A stretch of 50,420 bases of DNA from Octopus bimaculoides (GCF_001194135.2 NC_068999.1:854486-904905), one strand, 5' to 3'. Shown: positions 12,660 through 25,934, counted from the first letter of the stretch. Program-made: numbers and translations. Notes: generated by a model not told the origin, from the letters alone.

Positions 12660-13230
12660 GTATTATCCAGCCGAGATTACAGGTATTAACCAATAATTTC
12701 GTTCTAAATCTACCCACAACGACCCTTACAGGCCTACGTGTCTTGATGTATCCGTCTTGCGATAGTTACCTGCCTCCTTCTAATTACATGTCCGTTGTGA
12801 TCTGTCAATGCTGAGAAGTAACATCTCAACCTCGATATTCTCCCTGATTTTCAATGTGTGGTCCCTCTCGAAAAACCTTAGTCCAGAAACCCTTCTTATG
12901 GACCGCTTTTCAGCTGCTGGTATTCGCGATCTGTCTGTTTCGGCCATTACAGAACATTGTAATAATTATTTGTATGACGAACCTAGATCGTCTTCTGATC
13001 CGAAAGAATGCATTCACCTGCTCGACATCTGTTCTGGCATATTAAATTCAGCATTAATTTATCTAATTGATCAACCGATTTTGAAGACTGTCGAAACAAT
13101 GCTAAAGTAAATTTGGCTGCCATTGCTAAACGATCGAGTCTATAGGGACTCTTTCCTGGGATCGTTGCCAGAGGATTTTAATTTGACAGTAAAGAAGACT
13201 TGTACAACATCTTGATACTGGGCACGACGC
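12660..13230 (+). mobile_element. Possible heavily decayed CR1/L2-group LINE ORF2 N-terminus (APE endonuclease start)
   Basis: STSIFSLIFNVWSLSKNL...LSVSAITEH resembles the APE start S.F.LN..SL.KN...(F/L)S(I/V).A(I/L)TE(W). It is preceded in another frame by TNNFVLNL...CDSYLP. Motif-level similarity only. Confidence 0.4.
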
Positions 13231-13934
13231 CATTTTGATATCGCACATTTGTTTTTATTGTTGTTTTCAATTATTCTAATACCAAGAAATTTTAACACGT
13301 TGCTTCTCTTTGGCAAATTAATCTGTGTGTTTCTTTTCCTTTATTTCTCCTGCTTTCTGTTAGTTATTTTTTCCTGTTTTTTTATTCCGCAGGTCTTTGC
13401 AAAAACGTTTCCATCAAACATCGTGTAACGTTAGATGTAGAAAATATAATATATATTAATTTAATTAATTATCTTGAAGTCCACTTGAAGTAATCAGACT
13501 TTTTTTTCAAGTTGTTTAATTGCTAATTCAGTGATCGGTGAGGAAGCCATCATGATAGTTGTAATGGCGGAACATCGAGTAAACAAATAATATTTTCTCA
13601 TATAATTTCGCCTTTAGCTATTGATAACAATATCAGCCAGATTATTTCAAATATTAATTTTGATTAAATAAAATATATGAACGTACTGTCAGGTTTCTCA
13701 ATATCACGTGGATTCAACGTGGATTATTTTTAAAAAATGTATTTCATGTATTTCACATTCACAGAAATTACGTAGAGGAGAACAGAATCCATTTTGTTTC
13801 ATATATTTTTTTTCTTGTTGAAGCTCACATGCTCTCATGAAATTATGAACCCCACCACTTTTATAATGTTTCGTCCTTGAAGTTTTTGTTGAAGTTAATG
13901 TCATTGTTCTCATCATCAGAAAACGATAAGCTTA

Positions 13935-14110
13935 CAAGATCGATACAGACTGAGGAGAAACTTACCGCGCTGTTTGTTATTGGTCTTTATATTCTGAATT
14001 TGAATTGCACCAATATCGACTTTACATTTCATCCTTTCGGGGTCAATTAAATACTTTACCAATCAAGTACTGAGATAGATGCTGGTCTTGTGCCTCAAAG
14101 AGAAACTATT
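13935..14110 (+). mobile_element. SINE family B copy (decayed, internal deletion)
   Basis: attctgaatttgaattgcaccaatatcgactttacatttcatcctttcggggtcaatt...gctggtcttgtgcctc. Confidence 0.7.
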
Positions 14111-14113
14111 TTT

Positions 14114-14312
14114 TGCAGTAGACTAGCAGTACCTTCAGAACGGCAGGCAAAACGTTTTGTCCTATCTGTTCTAACCCTGTAGATTCTCTGTTCAAATAAC
14201 AACGGTGTCGTTGAAATTAAGTGCCATTCAGGTAGGACGATCGATTTAATTGACTTCCTCCTCCCCTAGAAAATTCTGCCCCTGAACTAAAATTTAAAAG
14301 AACTTATTATTA
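14114..14312 (+). mobile_element. SINE family B copy (strongly decayed), tandem to the previous copy
   Basis: gcagtagactagcagtacc...gatcgatttaattgacttcctcctcccctagaaaatt...aaaatttaaaagaacttattatt. Confidence 0.55.
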
Positions 14313-14400
14313 GTATGATTTTTATGGTTGTTAGTTTTGTTACTGTTGTTGTTGTTATTGTTCATTTTTGAAAGAAGAAGAAGAAGAAGAAGAAGAAGAA

Positions 14401-14653
14401 GGTGATGTCAGAAAGATCTAGATAATATCCCAGGAGATCCATGTCTCAGAGAAATCCCAAAGCTTGTGCTGACTATTCCCGCACATATCCTTAGAAAAAC
14501 CATATCAATTTAAGTGTCTGTGTTGTATTGCATGAAGATATGTCGCTACTGCCCCTGCCACTTCCCCTCTCCATACTGTAACACCTCTTATCCTTCACCC
14601 TAGGACGTTGGGTGTGTCTCGGCAAATGATAGTAATAAACATGCAGATTAACG

Positions 14654-14736
<83 letters not shown>

Positions 14737-14749
14737 TAATAATAATAAT
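14401..14749 (+). mobile_element. 5'-truncated R4/Dong-clade retrotransposon 3' end (second subfamily) with (TAA)n tail
   Basis: CQKDLDNIPGDPCLREIPKLVLTIPAHILRKTISI* (stop at 14511-14513) aligns to KIPG...IQKIALLGTAHILRKTLSIQ* of the copy at 1-254. The 3' UTR (about 140 bp) is different. (TAA)n runs 14656-14749, and (GAA)n at 14372-14400 precedes the element. Confidence 0.8.
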
Positions 14750-17284
14750 TGGTTGTGAACATCAGACACTTTCCATCATAGCCAGCAAAATAAAACAGGA
14801 ATATATATTAATATACACCGTAATGTAATGCCAATCAAAAGTCTAAAGACACGCACGTGAAAGAAACACATAGAACTTTAAGCTTATATGTTACATTACT
14901 ATACGAAGACAGACAACAAAGTAGTTTAAAAAAAGAATTCACACTCTAAAGGCAGCATTAATATCGTACTGTTTGTTATAGGTGTGGGAGTTGAAAGTAG
15001 TGACTCCGGTTGAGTCATGTCATGTCGTAGCAACATTGGAGAATATAAGCGACGAAAGCCAATGCACCATTTCCCGCCAAATGCATCCAAGAAAACGTGA
15101 CATAAAAGCAGACTTGGCTTTTTTTCTTGAACATTATTTGCATTTTTATGTACATTCGTAAAATAAGTCAGGGGCAGCGTCTGCTTTCGTTAGTTCTTTT
15201 CTGTAATGTGTCACAATATTAGAAATAATATTAAATTTAAATTAACAGTAAAATTAACGGTAAAATTTAGAAACAAAACACATTTTTCCTCCTCAATTCA
15301 ATTTGTGTCATATTATAGGCCGTTTCTGGAGGTAAGAATGTTAAAAATAGACACTAATTAGACCCGGGGTGATAACTATCTTAAATAACTATAATTTTCG
15401 AATCTATTCCTCCAAAAGTATGACTCTAAAGTCATTAAATTAAAAGAAGTATGGCAGATTTTATCTGTTTAAACGATTCCAAGACGGTAATATAACATTC
15501 TTGTTGGGTATGTTGAACAGTATTTCTTCGATAAACTAAAATATATTTAAAAATATGCAAATACAATTATCCATAAAGCAAGAGTCTTAACTTAATTCTA
15601 TTAAACGTATTAAACGTAAAAACCTAATCAGAGAATATGATCAGATATTACGATAACGGTTAAAATAATTTCGATTGAAAGAGCTGAATAAGTTAAGGTC
15701 AATTTAGTACGATGGTTAAAAATATCGATGGAAATACAGTAAATGTATTGTTGAAGAAATAGTAGTTCTAGTTGAGGTTGATGATATTTTCTGATTAGAA
15801 ACTGATTAAAAAAAAAATACTTACAGATGCCAGTTAATTGAATTTATTTTTTCAATTTTTCATGTTCTACTTTAACCATCTTACTCTCTCACAATATCTC
15901 AAATAATCTGAACAACAAAAGCAGGAGCAGCTGCTTTATCATCGGCAAGAACAACAGCATGGTTTTACCTGAAGATGCTCTTAACAAAGCTCAAACTTTT
16001 ATTCCATTAAACTAAATGGATAAAATATGAGTAATTTTTTAAAGTAGTAAATCCTAGATTAAAAATTATCATTACATTCAATAAATTATGCAACTCCTAA
16101 CAGTATCAAATGAATTTTAAGGTATATGTGTGTGCGCGCACGTGTGTGTATGAGTATGAGTGTATGTGTGTGTCTGTGTCTGTGTCCGTTTGCTTATGTA
16201 AACATTCATTTACACACATGTACATATATATATGTACACACACTTGCATGCATGTACCTGTGACCTGTCTCGTTTGCTTCTGTCCGTTTTACTCTTCCTT
16301 TCGCCGCTCAGTTCTTTTTCTATTTGTGGCGGGGTGGGGTGTTCTTGATAAAAGCCTTCAATAGAAGCATTGTTTCCCTATCTGTTCCTTAATTAACTGA
16401 TCATCCTCTATCTTCGTTTACCGAAAGCCAGGAACTTTTCATCACCCCCACGTTATTATATATATATATATTTTATATATATANNNNNNNNNNNNNNNNN
16501 NNNNNNNNNNNNNNNNNNNNNNNNNNNNNNNNNNNNNNNNNNNNNNNNNNNNNNNNNNNNNNNNNNNNNNNNNNNNNNNNNNNNNNNNNNNNNNNNNNNN
16601 NNNNNNNNNNNNNNNNNNNNNNNNNNNNNNNNNNNNNNNNNNNNNNNNNNNNNNNNNNNNNNNNNNNNNNNNNNNNNNNNNNNNNNNNNNNNNNNNNNNN
16701 NNNNNNNNNNNNNNNNNNNNNNNNNNNNNNNNNNNNNNNNNNNNNNNNNNNNNNNNNNNNNNNNNNNNNNNNNNNNNNNNNNNNNNNNNNNNNNNNNNNN
16801 NNNNNNNNNNNNNNNNNNNNNNNNNNNNNNNNNNNNNNNNNNNNNNNNNNNNNNNNNNNNNNNNNNNNNNNNNNNNNNNNNNNNNNNNNNNNNNNNNNNN
16901 NNNNNNNTATAAATGTTAATTAACCCAATAATGTTCCTGTGATGAACTCTCTTATATACAAATTTACCAAGAATTCAAGTCTTTATTCTACGTTTTCCTT
17001 ATCAATATTTGGTGATATTTTCTATTCTCCTCAGGTGCGAAATTTACACCGCTTCTCTCCTTTCACTATATAATTAATTTAATTAACTTAAATTAAATTA
17101 CAACATTACCATAAACAGCACTCGTATACAGAAGTATATTTATAACCATTGTAGTTCTTCCATCTACACAAAAATCATTTCACAGAAAACTGGAACATAG
17201 TCGGCTAAATCCTTTAGCATTTCACAAATTTCTGCTCTTTTATCGAACTGGATCTAAAATTTCCCGGGGTTGGTGTTGCTAGTC

Positions 17285-17430
17285 GGTTACACTAATCCCA
17301 GGACTTCACTACTCCTCTTTCCAGCGACTTCGAAACTGAAGAAGATGACGTCGATGGCACTCGAACTCAGAACGGAAATACGGCCAAGTATTTTATACAG
17401 CGCACTAACGATTCTGCTTGCCCACCGCCT
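17285..17430 (-). mobile_element. SINE family B copy (decayed)
   Basis: Reverse complement begins aggcggtgggcaagcagaatcgttagtgcgctg...ttctgagttcgagtgccatcgacgtc. Confidence 0.65.
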
Positions 17431-17444
17431 TTATTTATTTAGGA

Positions 17445-17640
17445 TACTATGAAAGTGAGTGTGTACGGCAAGACCATGATTTCGATTCCAATACTGGACG
17501 GTGTGTTGTGTTCTTGAACAAAACAAATCCTCGTTCCTTCATTCCACTTCGTGAGATGCCGCCACCTGTGTCACTACGCCATTCAAACGAGGTAACAAGT
17601 CCCGAAAGGTGTAGAACTCGAGACAATATTTACAATATTC
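17445..17640 (+). mobile_element. CORE-like tRNA-derived SINE head (family C-like), decayed
   Basis: gatttcgattccaatactggacggtgtgttgtgttcttgaacaaaaca: B-box followed by a CORE-like box. Confidence 0.55.
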
Positions 17641-18425
17641 TTTAGAAATTATTGCCAGCATTGATTTTTGCTGCAGCGTTTCGCATCGAGATGTCAGATG
17701 TAAACAAACAATGAGATCGAAGACAAAAATACGTTATGAGTATATCTACCATATTGCGGAGGTTGTTGCCCCTACATCAGCACCCATCTAACCCATTCTC
17801 TCCTCCGAACACATTGCTTATATAGCCACCGCACACCGCGGTGCTAAATTATTTCTTTATGCAACCATAATATACTATAAAGTATATTAAACGTTTTTTA
17901 TAAGTCAATACTGTGTTCTACTGTGTTAGCAGTGCGCTTTAAATGATTTGTTAAAGTTATTTCTACAGAATTACGAGTCCCATCGATGGAATTAGAATAA
18001 CAGCTATTGAGATTATTAGGTAGAGGAATTGAAGACTTTCTTGCATATGTTTACTGTTCCACTTATAAACTGTATCTACAAACTTCATAACGGTTCGCTT
18101 TATTTTCTTGAAAATTGTAGTTTCTTCGTACTGTAACTTCGACACTTACTAACAGAAACGAATGTACCAATAACTATTGTTATGAATGAAAGTTTATGAC
18201 CGGAGCAGAGGCGGTGCAGATTTCTGATTCTCCTTTTCGCTTAATTTGGAACACCTGTACGCATCTGCTAAGTAACTAAACTTAAAGACTTTACCTAACT
18301 TCTATGATCAGTCTCAAATAACCATATCTCCTTGAACTTGGTAGAAACTGAAGGAATGTGAATGTTCCAACAATATTACTTTTTGCTGATATGAACAGGA
18401 GTGTTCCTCATATTCGCCCCAAAGT

Positions 18426-18447
18426 ATATGTGCATATATATATACAT

Positions 18448-18481
<34 letters not shown>

Positions 18482-18483
18482 GG

Positions 18484-18546
<63 letters not shown>

Positions 18547-18757
18547 NNNNNNNNNNNNNNNNNNNNNNNNNNNNNNNNNNNNNNNNNNNNNNNNNNNNNN
18601 NNNNNNNNNNNNNNNNNNNNNNNNNNNNNNNNNNNNNNNNNNNNNNNNNNNNNNNNNNNNNNNNNNNNNNNNNNNNNNNNNNNNNNNNNNNNNNNNNNNN
18701 NNNNNNNNNNNNNNNNNNNNNNNNNNNNNNNNNNNNNNNNNNNNNNNNNNNNNNNNN

Positions 18758-18812
<55 letters not shown>

Positions 18813-18870
18813 GTATATGTATATGTATGTACGTACGTATGTATGTATGTGTTTATGTATGTATATGTTC
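18426..18870. repeat. Compound (TACA)/(CA)/(TA)/(TATG) microsatellite spanning the N-gap at 18547-18757
   Basis: Visible directly. Confidence 0.95.
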
Positions 18871-19477
18871 GTGATTGCGCGAAAGAGATAGAGTTTAAGA
18901 AGATTAAACCACTCATCTAAATCCCATTTAATATCCATTTTCTTTTGTTTACACGGCTTGTTGCCGGATATTCACATGTTTATGTTTTGGTTTAATAACT
19001 GCTCTATACTTCAGGTAACGCAGAATAAGATAATGTAAATGCTTGTTATGCATAATACATGATGAAGCTGATAATATATTTGCCGTAGCTTCGCCGTAAA
19101 TCATATTTATCTGTGAATAGAATAAGTAAATATTTACAATTCTATAATTTCTTCTTCATGAAAACCCGAAGAAAAAAAATTAACGTGCAAGGCATATTTA
19201 CAGCTTTGCAATCTCTTTGGCAACACAATTGCTTCGAAAGTTCCTGTTAGAGTGTGAAGGGTTTAAATAAGTAATAAATTTGCTGCAAAAAATACGAAAC
19301 AGAAAAGAAATGACGAGAAAAAACATGCGAAAATGTTTCCAGAGGAGAAAATCAAAAATCTGAAACGAAATCAGGAAATGGGAAAACATGAGGGCAGCAA
19401 TAGATTAACTCAAGTTTACTGTTTCTGATTTATTTAGTAAATAAATATAACAGAGTAACATAGAAAAAAAGGCTTTT

Positions 19478-19578
19478 GTGTACATACATACATACACACA
19501 CACATACATCTATAGTTCATTCATACATGCAGGCATTCGTACATGCATAAATATATATCTATACATACACACACGCAT

Positions 19579-19609
<31 letters not shown>

Positions 19610-19816
19610 TATTTCTGTATACACACATTTATATATATACATATATGCACAGACACCGCCTCACACACACACACACACACACACATGCACACACACACGC
19701 ACACACACACACACACACACATATACTTGTATGTATTATGTACGCATGTATATGCATGTATATGTATATATATATGTATTTATATATATATGTGTGTGAA
19801 TATATGTGTATGTATG

Positions 19817-19877
<61 letters not shown>

Positions 19878-19978
19878 CATTTATGAGTTGATACGATATA
19901 GTCACCATCACCACCACCATCACCAGCACCAGCACCAGCACTCCTACTCATACCACTACCACTACTACTACTACTACT
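19478..19978. repeat. Compound (CA)/(TA)/(TATG) and (CAC)(CAG)(TAC) microsatellite block
   Basis: Visible directly. Confidence 0.95.
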
Positions 19979-20539
19979 CGCATTATTGTTCTTCATTTAT
20001 ATTCTAAAAACCAAACAACCTTACCTCCGCTGAATGATATAAGACCTGTTTTAGCATTTATGCATTCTATGAGGCAAAATCCTCAACTCTTTATTCCCCT
20101 TGTTCGTTTTACTCTTTTCCTTTCTTTCATTTTTCCTTCCTTTTTTAAAAATTTTTCATGAATCAAATTAAATGATTATACACATTTAGATACAATTGCT
20201 CATCCTTTCTGCAAACAGTTATGCCCACAATTCTTTCAAATCGTACTTAATCGAAGATGGAAAAAATTCACACAATGCAAAGCCTTATATTCAAGCGAGG
20301 TAGCCAAGGCTGGAATGTCTTTCATCCTTCTCCTTCTGACCTATGCTTCAGCAACCACTTTAACAACAGACATTCTTTCGATGTTGAGGTATTTTCCGAT
20401 GCAGAAGCAATAAACTTTTTCCTGTAAATTATTTCTCCTACGTAAATCAAAAACCCAGCAATCGTAAGACGATGAGATAAGCGATAGTATCGATCGCCAG
20501 CAATACGCAGGTACTTATCGTATGGATCCTGGATGGAGG

Positions 20540-20770
20540 ACAGACCAAACTGTGAGTTGTCGAGATTTGAACTCGGAATATAAAATGTTGGAACAAATAC
20601 TACAATCTGTGCTCGAATATGAGAAATAAAAATCTTCATGCCAACAAATTGGATGTAGTGGTCTTAAAACTGGTGCTCTATTCACTCTTCCACCCAGGAG
20701 TATCCAAAGACAATCAGCGACCTTCCGAAGAGTTATCATACATCTAAAGAGACTTTTAGGGCAGTATTAA
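20540..20770 (+). mobile_element. Possible decayed APE-endonuclease N-terminus (RTE-like LINE fragment)
   Basis: RFELGI*NVGT..., then after one frameshift ANKLDVVVL...LYSLFHPG, resembling the (T)WNVRT...KLD(I/V)(V/L).L...Y.L..SG pattern. Motif-level similarity only. Confidence 0.4.
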
Positions 20771-20824
20771 ATCTAGACTAAGTTCTTCGATGCACGAAAT
20801 AATGTTGACTTGGAATCAAATCTG

Positions 20825-21500
20825 TAACATGTTTACTAAACATTTCCCTTGAATTAGTTTTTGAAATCAGATATTCAGTGTTTATATTACTCACCAAATT
20901 ATCGATATTCTTTTCCCTAGTTTCTCTTTTGATTATATATGTTCGTGTACGTATTTTAATCGTTAAGTTTGATTTCTGAAATCTTCATGAAAGTATCGAA
21001 GACTGGTTTCATGTTATTTGCTTTACCGTAATGAACCTTCTTCACTGAAGACGCTCTCCTGGGTTTGGTCCTCGCAATAAATTTCAGTTTTCAATCCGCA
21101 GGTGATTTCAGATTATTTGCGTAGGCAGTTAATTTCGTTTTTTGCTTATAATATATGTCTTCGTTTCCCTAAATCTCTAACGTATGTTTTGAATTAAACT
21201 TCTCTAATGTCGGCTCTCGAGTAATTTAGACCATATTGATGTATATACAAATCCTTTCAATGTCCTATTTTGCTTGCAGTCATTAATGTTAGTTGTCAAG
21301 TACATTTCATTTTCTTTCAATATTTACTCTAAATATTCTTAATTTGTGTACACACGTTCTCGAGTAATGACAGAAGTCATTTTTACTCATGGGAGAAATG
21401 AACAAGTTACCTCCCTTATATTCATTTAAAATTATACACGTTTACGAGCTTCTGATTTCTTGAAGTCTCCCATGACCAGAATTTTTGCTAATAATATCAT
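20825..21500 (-). mobile_element. Possible decayed CR1-group LINE fragment (endonuclease GDF motif to linker)
   Basis: Minus strand gives KILVMGDFK (+ strand 21462-21482), then LNYSRADI and KRETREKNIDNLVSNI...KTNSREMFSKHV. These resemble the GDFN, NY.KADF and K.NPK.F..YV landmarks in the expected order. Confidence 0.38.
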
Positions 21501-21584
21501 TGATGATAGAAGATCGGCCGAATGAAGAGTGAATATAAAATGCTTTCTAACACTCAGTTATGCTTCTAGATGTTTTGCGTTCGA

Positions 21585-21800
21585 GACTCGCCGAAGAACA
21601 CAATTGTTAGCACGCCAGCAAATTACTCTGCGGCGTTTCGCCCATCTTTACATTCTAAGTTCAAGTTCCACCGAGGTTCAAATTGCTTTTCATGCTTTTA
21701 GGGCCGATAACATCAGAGCCAGTTAATCATTAGGGTCGATGTAATCGTCTTACATCCACCCCCGAAATTCCTGGCTTTGTGCCAACATATGAAACCAATG
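21585..21800 (+). mobile_element. SINE family B copy
   Basis: gttagcacgccagcaaatt...ttctaagttcaagttccaccgagg...gggtcgatgtaatcgtct...ccccgaaattcctggctttgtgccaacatatgaaacc. Confidence 0.8.
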
Positions 21801-22919
21801 TGATGTGAAAATTGCTTTCATTCTTTCGGAGTCGATCAAAGAAGTAGCAGCTGAATACTGGGGCCAGTGTAATCAAATTATCCGCTTCTTTAAAATACGC
21901 TGGTATTAGGCCAAACGTTTTAAAAATCATTATTCATTCTAATACACCGAAGAAAATTAATGAACCTGTTGAGCACTGGATTCCATATAATCAATTGTAC
22001 TCACTACCCCAAAGAACTCTAAGACCGTTTCTAAGGTACATGAATCAATATTATTGAACTTACATGAATATTGAATTTTCTTTCTTAAGGAAACAAAAGT
22101 ACTACAGCATATTTGATCCGAATTGATTATATAAAATATTCAAATATAAATTCCCAGGTTTACTACGAACTATAATCATCATTTATAATTTAATCTATGT
22201 TTAATTTGCACATTATGTTTATATACAGGGACAGCTACGATATGTCTCACTTTTCTTTTAAAGTCACAACAACCAAATCCTATATATTATTCATATTCTT
22301 TGTGTTAGCATCGCTCATTGGACTGCGGTCTTGAATCAGCAGCACATACACGGGTTAATTACAAAGAGAAAATTTCCTGAATCGCAAACTGGAATTGGAT
22401 CTGGTACTAGTTGTTTTCGAATTGAACGAACGTCTCCGAACACCGTTATGCGAGCGGATATTTAATTACCAAATGAATTTCGGTTCTCAAATCATCTACT
22501 TTGGATATAGAAAAATGTTCCATATTTTCTGTATCTAAGTCTTCAAATATGCCAGCAAATAAGCCAATCACATCCCATAGAAAACATGGTCTGGAATAGT
22601 TTACTTTGTATTCGTATTCAGTAAGTATTATCTCTTTGATGTGCTTATACCATATATGGATTTAGTTATTACAAAGCAACTAAGAACGCATACCATTTAC
22701 TATTTTAAGCCGCAGGAATTTGGTATTTATATAATTCTGTGAGTTGGATATGCTTCCTGATTCAGAGATTAGTGTCATGATGACTTTTGTCATGAGATTG
22801 AATTCATAATCTTTAATCTTTAATCCTGCCTGCGGGGGATCCCAAAGCTTTTATTGTATCGATCTCTCTTGGTGTATACATACATCTCCACCCACTCTCT
22901 CCCACTGACTCTCTTTTCA

Positions 22920-23345
22920 TGTATATATATATGTGTGTGTACGTGTGTGTCTGCGTGTGTGTGTTTATGTATGTGTGTGTGTGTGTATATATATATACAT
23001 ATATATTTATATATCTATGTTTTTATGTGTATGCATAATTACACATGTATATATATATATATATATACGTATGCATGTATGTATGCATGTATGTACGTAT
23101 GTACTCATACATACACGTAGCTCAAATACATGTATGTATATACATATTTGTGTGTGTGTGTATGTATGTGTATCAGTATGTTGCTATGTATATATCGGCA
23201 CGTCTTGAGTTTCACACAGATTTGTTGATATATATTTATATGTGCATAAGCGTATGTGCGTAAATGTATCTGTATGATTGTGTGTGCGCGCTTGATTGTC
23301 TGTGTGTACGTGTACGTGTGTGTGTTTGTGTGTGTGCTTGTGTTG
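22920..23345. repeat. Degenerate (TG)/(TA)/(TATG) microsatellite block
   Basis: Visible directly. Confidence 0.93.
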
Positions 23346-24859
23346 TATGGAACATATGGAAAACTAGTTTTGATTTGCGGCATCACAAGATCCCAATCAA
23401 TACAGGTCCATGAAATGAAATATCCCACAATTAAATCGATCGATTCTTTTTATTTATCCTATTGTTAAAATGTGGTGAGGTTTTAATGTTTTCTCATTCT
23501 TTGATGCAATTCCTATCATTTCTCATTCGAGTTACTAGTTTGCTCTATTAGAATTGTATAATGTAACAGTTCTACTGTAAAATCTCTGGCCATATATATT
23601 CATACGTAACATAATATATACAGATATATAAATTCCTCTTTCAATTTGTTATCGTAGGTTTTCCATTTACCCAAAACAATGTAATTCTGCGATCGTTGAG
23701 ACCTACATAGACGTCACCACATGCGAACAAAAATAAATACACACACACACACAGACATAAACACACACACACAGACATAAACACACACATCTATATACAA
23801 ACAAAGTGAAATAAATTAAATTAAAAAAGTCTTCTATTTTGACACAATCGCACCTCTCATAATTCTTCCCCCATGTCAGCATATGTATTCCATGTCTAGC
23901 TTTTTTTATGTTTCACTTGTTCAAATCGTATAAGTATGAAGGGTTTCGATAGAGGACACAATTTATCGCCAGATCCAAAAATGAAACCGACGAGCTCACC
24001 CTAACCATTAGACGACACTCCTTCACATATTTCAGATTGCCTCGAATGAAGCTCTGGGATGTATTTCATACTGTTCAGGGGTCATGAACTATGTCTCCAA
24101 TTTCCTTCCGTAGTTTTAATCTTAACACCAAAACACGGAAACTAGTAGAACATAAAATACATAAGGTTTGTGTAAAGCACAAGACCTTAACAGAGAAAAC
24201 ACAAACACGCAAAAAACGGCCGGGGGATGGGGGTGGAATTCAAACGATTCTGCTACTTAACAGAATATATTCAGATTAATATTGAAAGGAAATGAGAAAA
24301 TGGTAAATTCTGCAACAGGAATGCTAAAATAAAAGGAAGTTTTAGATTTGAAAGATATAGTATTTCGTGCATACAGGAGGAGGTGAGAAATTTGAAAGCA
24401 AACAAACGGAAGCGAATCGTCAGGTATTATCTCGTAAATATTAGAAATTTCCAATAAACTGTCGCCGATAATATGAATATTATAGAATTTAGACGATAGC
24501 ATTTGGTCTTTGAATAAATATTGAAGACGTTTTTGTAAATATTAATTAATTACAAAAGCTCAGCTTGAAAGTGTATGGAAATTAATAAAACATTTCGAAA
24601 AACAAAATCGTAATAATCGAGAATTGAGATTCTAGAAGGAAAGAAGAAGAAAATTAATATGCATTTTCGGTAGTTATGCGTGTGTGTAAGTAAGAAGATA
24701 GGCGAATAGGTATGCGTAAATGTATGTATAAGACATATGTGTTTAGAGTTGGGTATAGTGTTTATATTAATTTGGGTGTTTATAAATTTAAAATAAATGG
24801 ATAAACAGAAACATATATAGGTTCGAGAGACAGGTAGTTAGATGAATACATACATGCAT

Positions 24860-24900
<41 letters not shown>

Positions 24901-25069
24901 CATATATATACCCACATATAGGTATTGATATATGTGTGCATATATATATGTATGTATATAGGTGTGTATATGTATATATTCACTTACATATGTGTAATAT
25001 TTCCTAACTTCCCTTATCATTCAAATCAACGCCCCCTTGTCTATTACTTACGGTTTTATTATCTCTAAT

Positions 25070-25104
<35 letters not shown>

Positions 25105-25123
25105 NNNNNNNNNNNNNNNNNNN

Positions 25124-25178
<55 letters not shown>

Positions 25179-25741
25179 ATTCATGTGTGTATATATGTAT
25201 ATATATCTATGTGAGAATAAGCATATATGTTATATATATATGCACGTATGTTTGTATGTATATATATATATGTATATATATGCGTATATGTATATATGTG
25301 TGTATAAACATATATGCATATTTGTTCACACATATACAGATACGCACTCACATATATACACTCACGCATATATATACATATATATGTGTGTGGGGAGGGT
25401 GTGAAGATAGATAGCAACACGCATAGATATATACACGTATATATACTATCGAACGTAAGACTGTTATGGTTATATGCCTGTGGCTATATAAACCGTTATT
25501 GTTTCTTTTATTTATTGTTCTTTAAATTCTTGGAGAAAAATCAGATTTCCCTCACCTCCCAAATCCCTCCACCCCACCCCTTCCACATTGATAATATTTC
25601 AAACGATATGCTATCGGCATGTCAGAATAGGAATTAAATTGTTTCATCCGTTTGAAATCGTAAAAGTGTATCCAAAGCGAGAAAGAAATTTAGTGCGATA
25701 AATTATCATTGTTGTTGCTGTTATAGTGTTAGCATCATTCC

Positions 25742-25934
25742 CCACCACCACCACCACCATCACCACCATCACCACCTCTACAATCACCACCACCACCAAC
25801 AACAACAACAACAACAACACCATTTGCATCACAATCATCATCATCATCGTCATCATCATTATCATCATTGGCATCATAACCATCGTTGCTTTTGTTACCA
25901 TTATGGTCATCATGATGCAGATCTTCATCACCAT

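Noticed and set aside
12431-12814. 127-aa ORF with SILDLLLV...P...C, superficially like GPCR TM2-TM3
   Set aside because: There is no DRY-like motif or further helices, no splice context, and it overlaps a likelier LINE relic.
15319-15331. 13-nt microexon-like ag|gccgtttctggag|gtaaga (similar short candidates on the minus strand at 20025-20045 and 29060-29074)
   Set aside because: Such short AG/GT pairs arise by chance in AT-rich DNA, and they cannot be chained into a coherent protein.
20525-20700. RT-like frame LNSEYKMLEQIL...QQIG...LFTL
   Set aside because: It lacks the upstream YRPISL-type motif, and the APE-like reading of the same bases explains more landmarks.
24000-24053. Minus-strand 54-nt candidate exon SFIRGNLKYVKECRLMVR (also 30583-30622, SLRSDDQIWIKYF)
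   Set aside because: The acceptors are weak or out-competed by a nearby AG, no protein family is recognisable, and the apparent chain depended on a SINE-derived segment.
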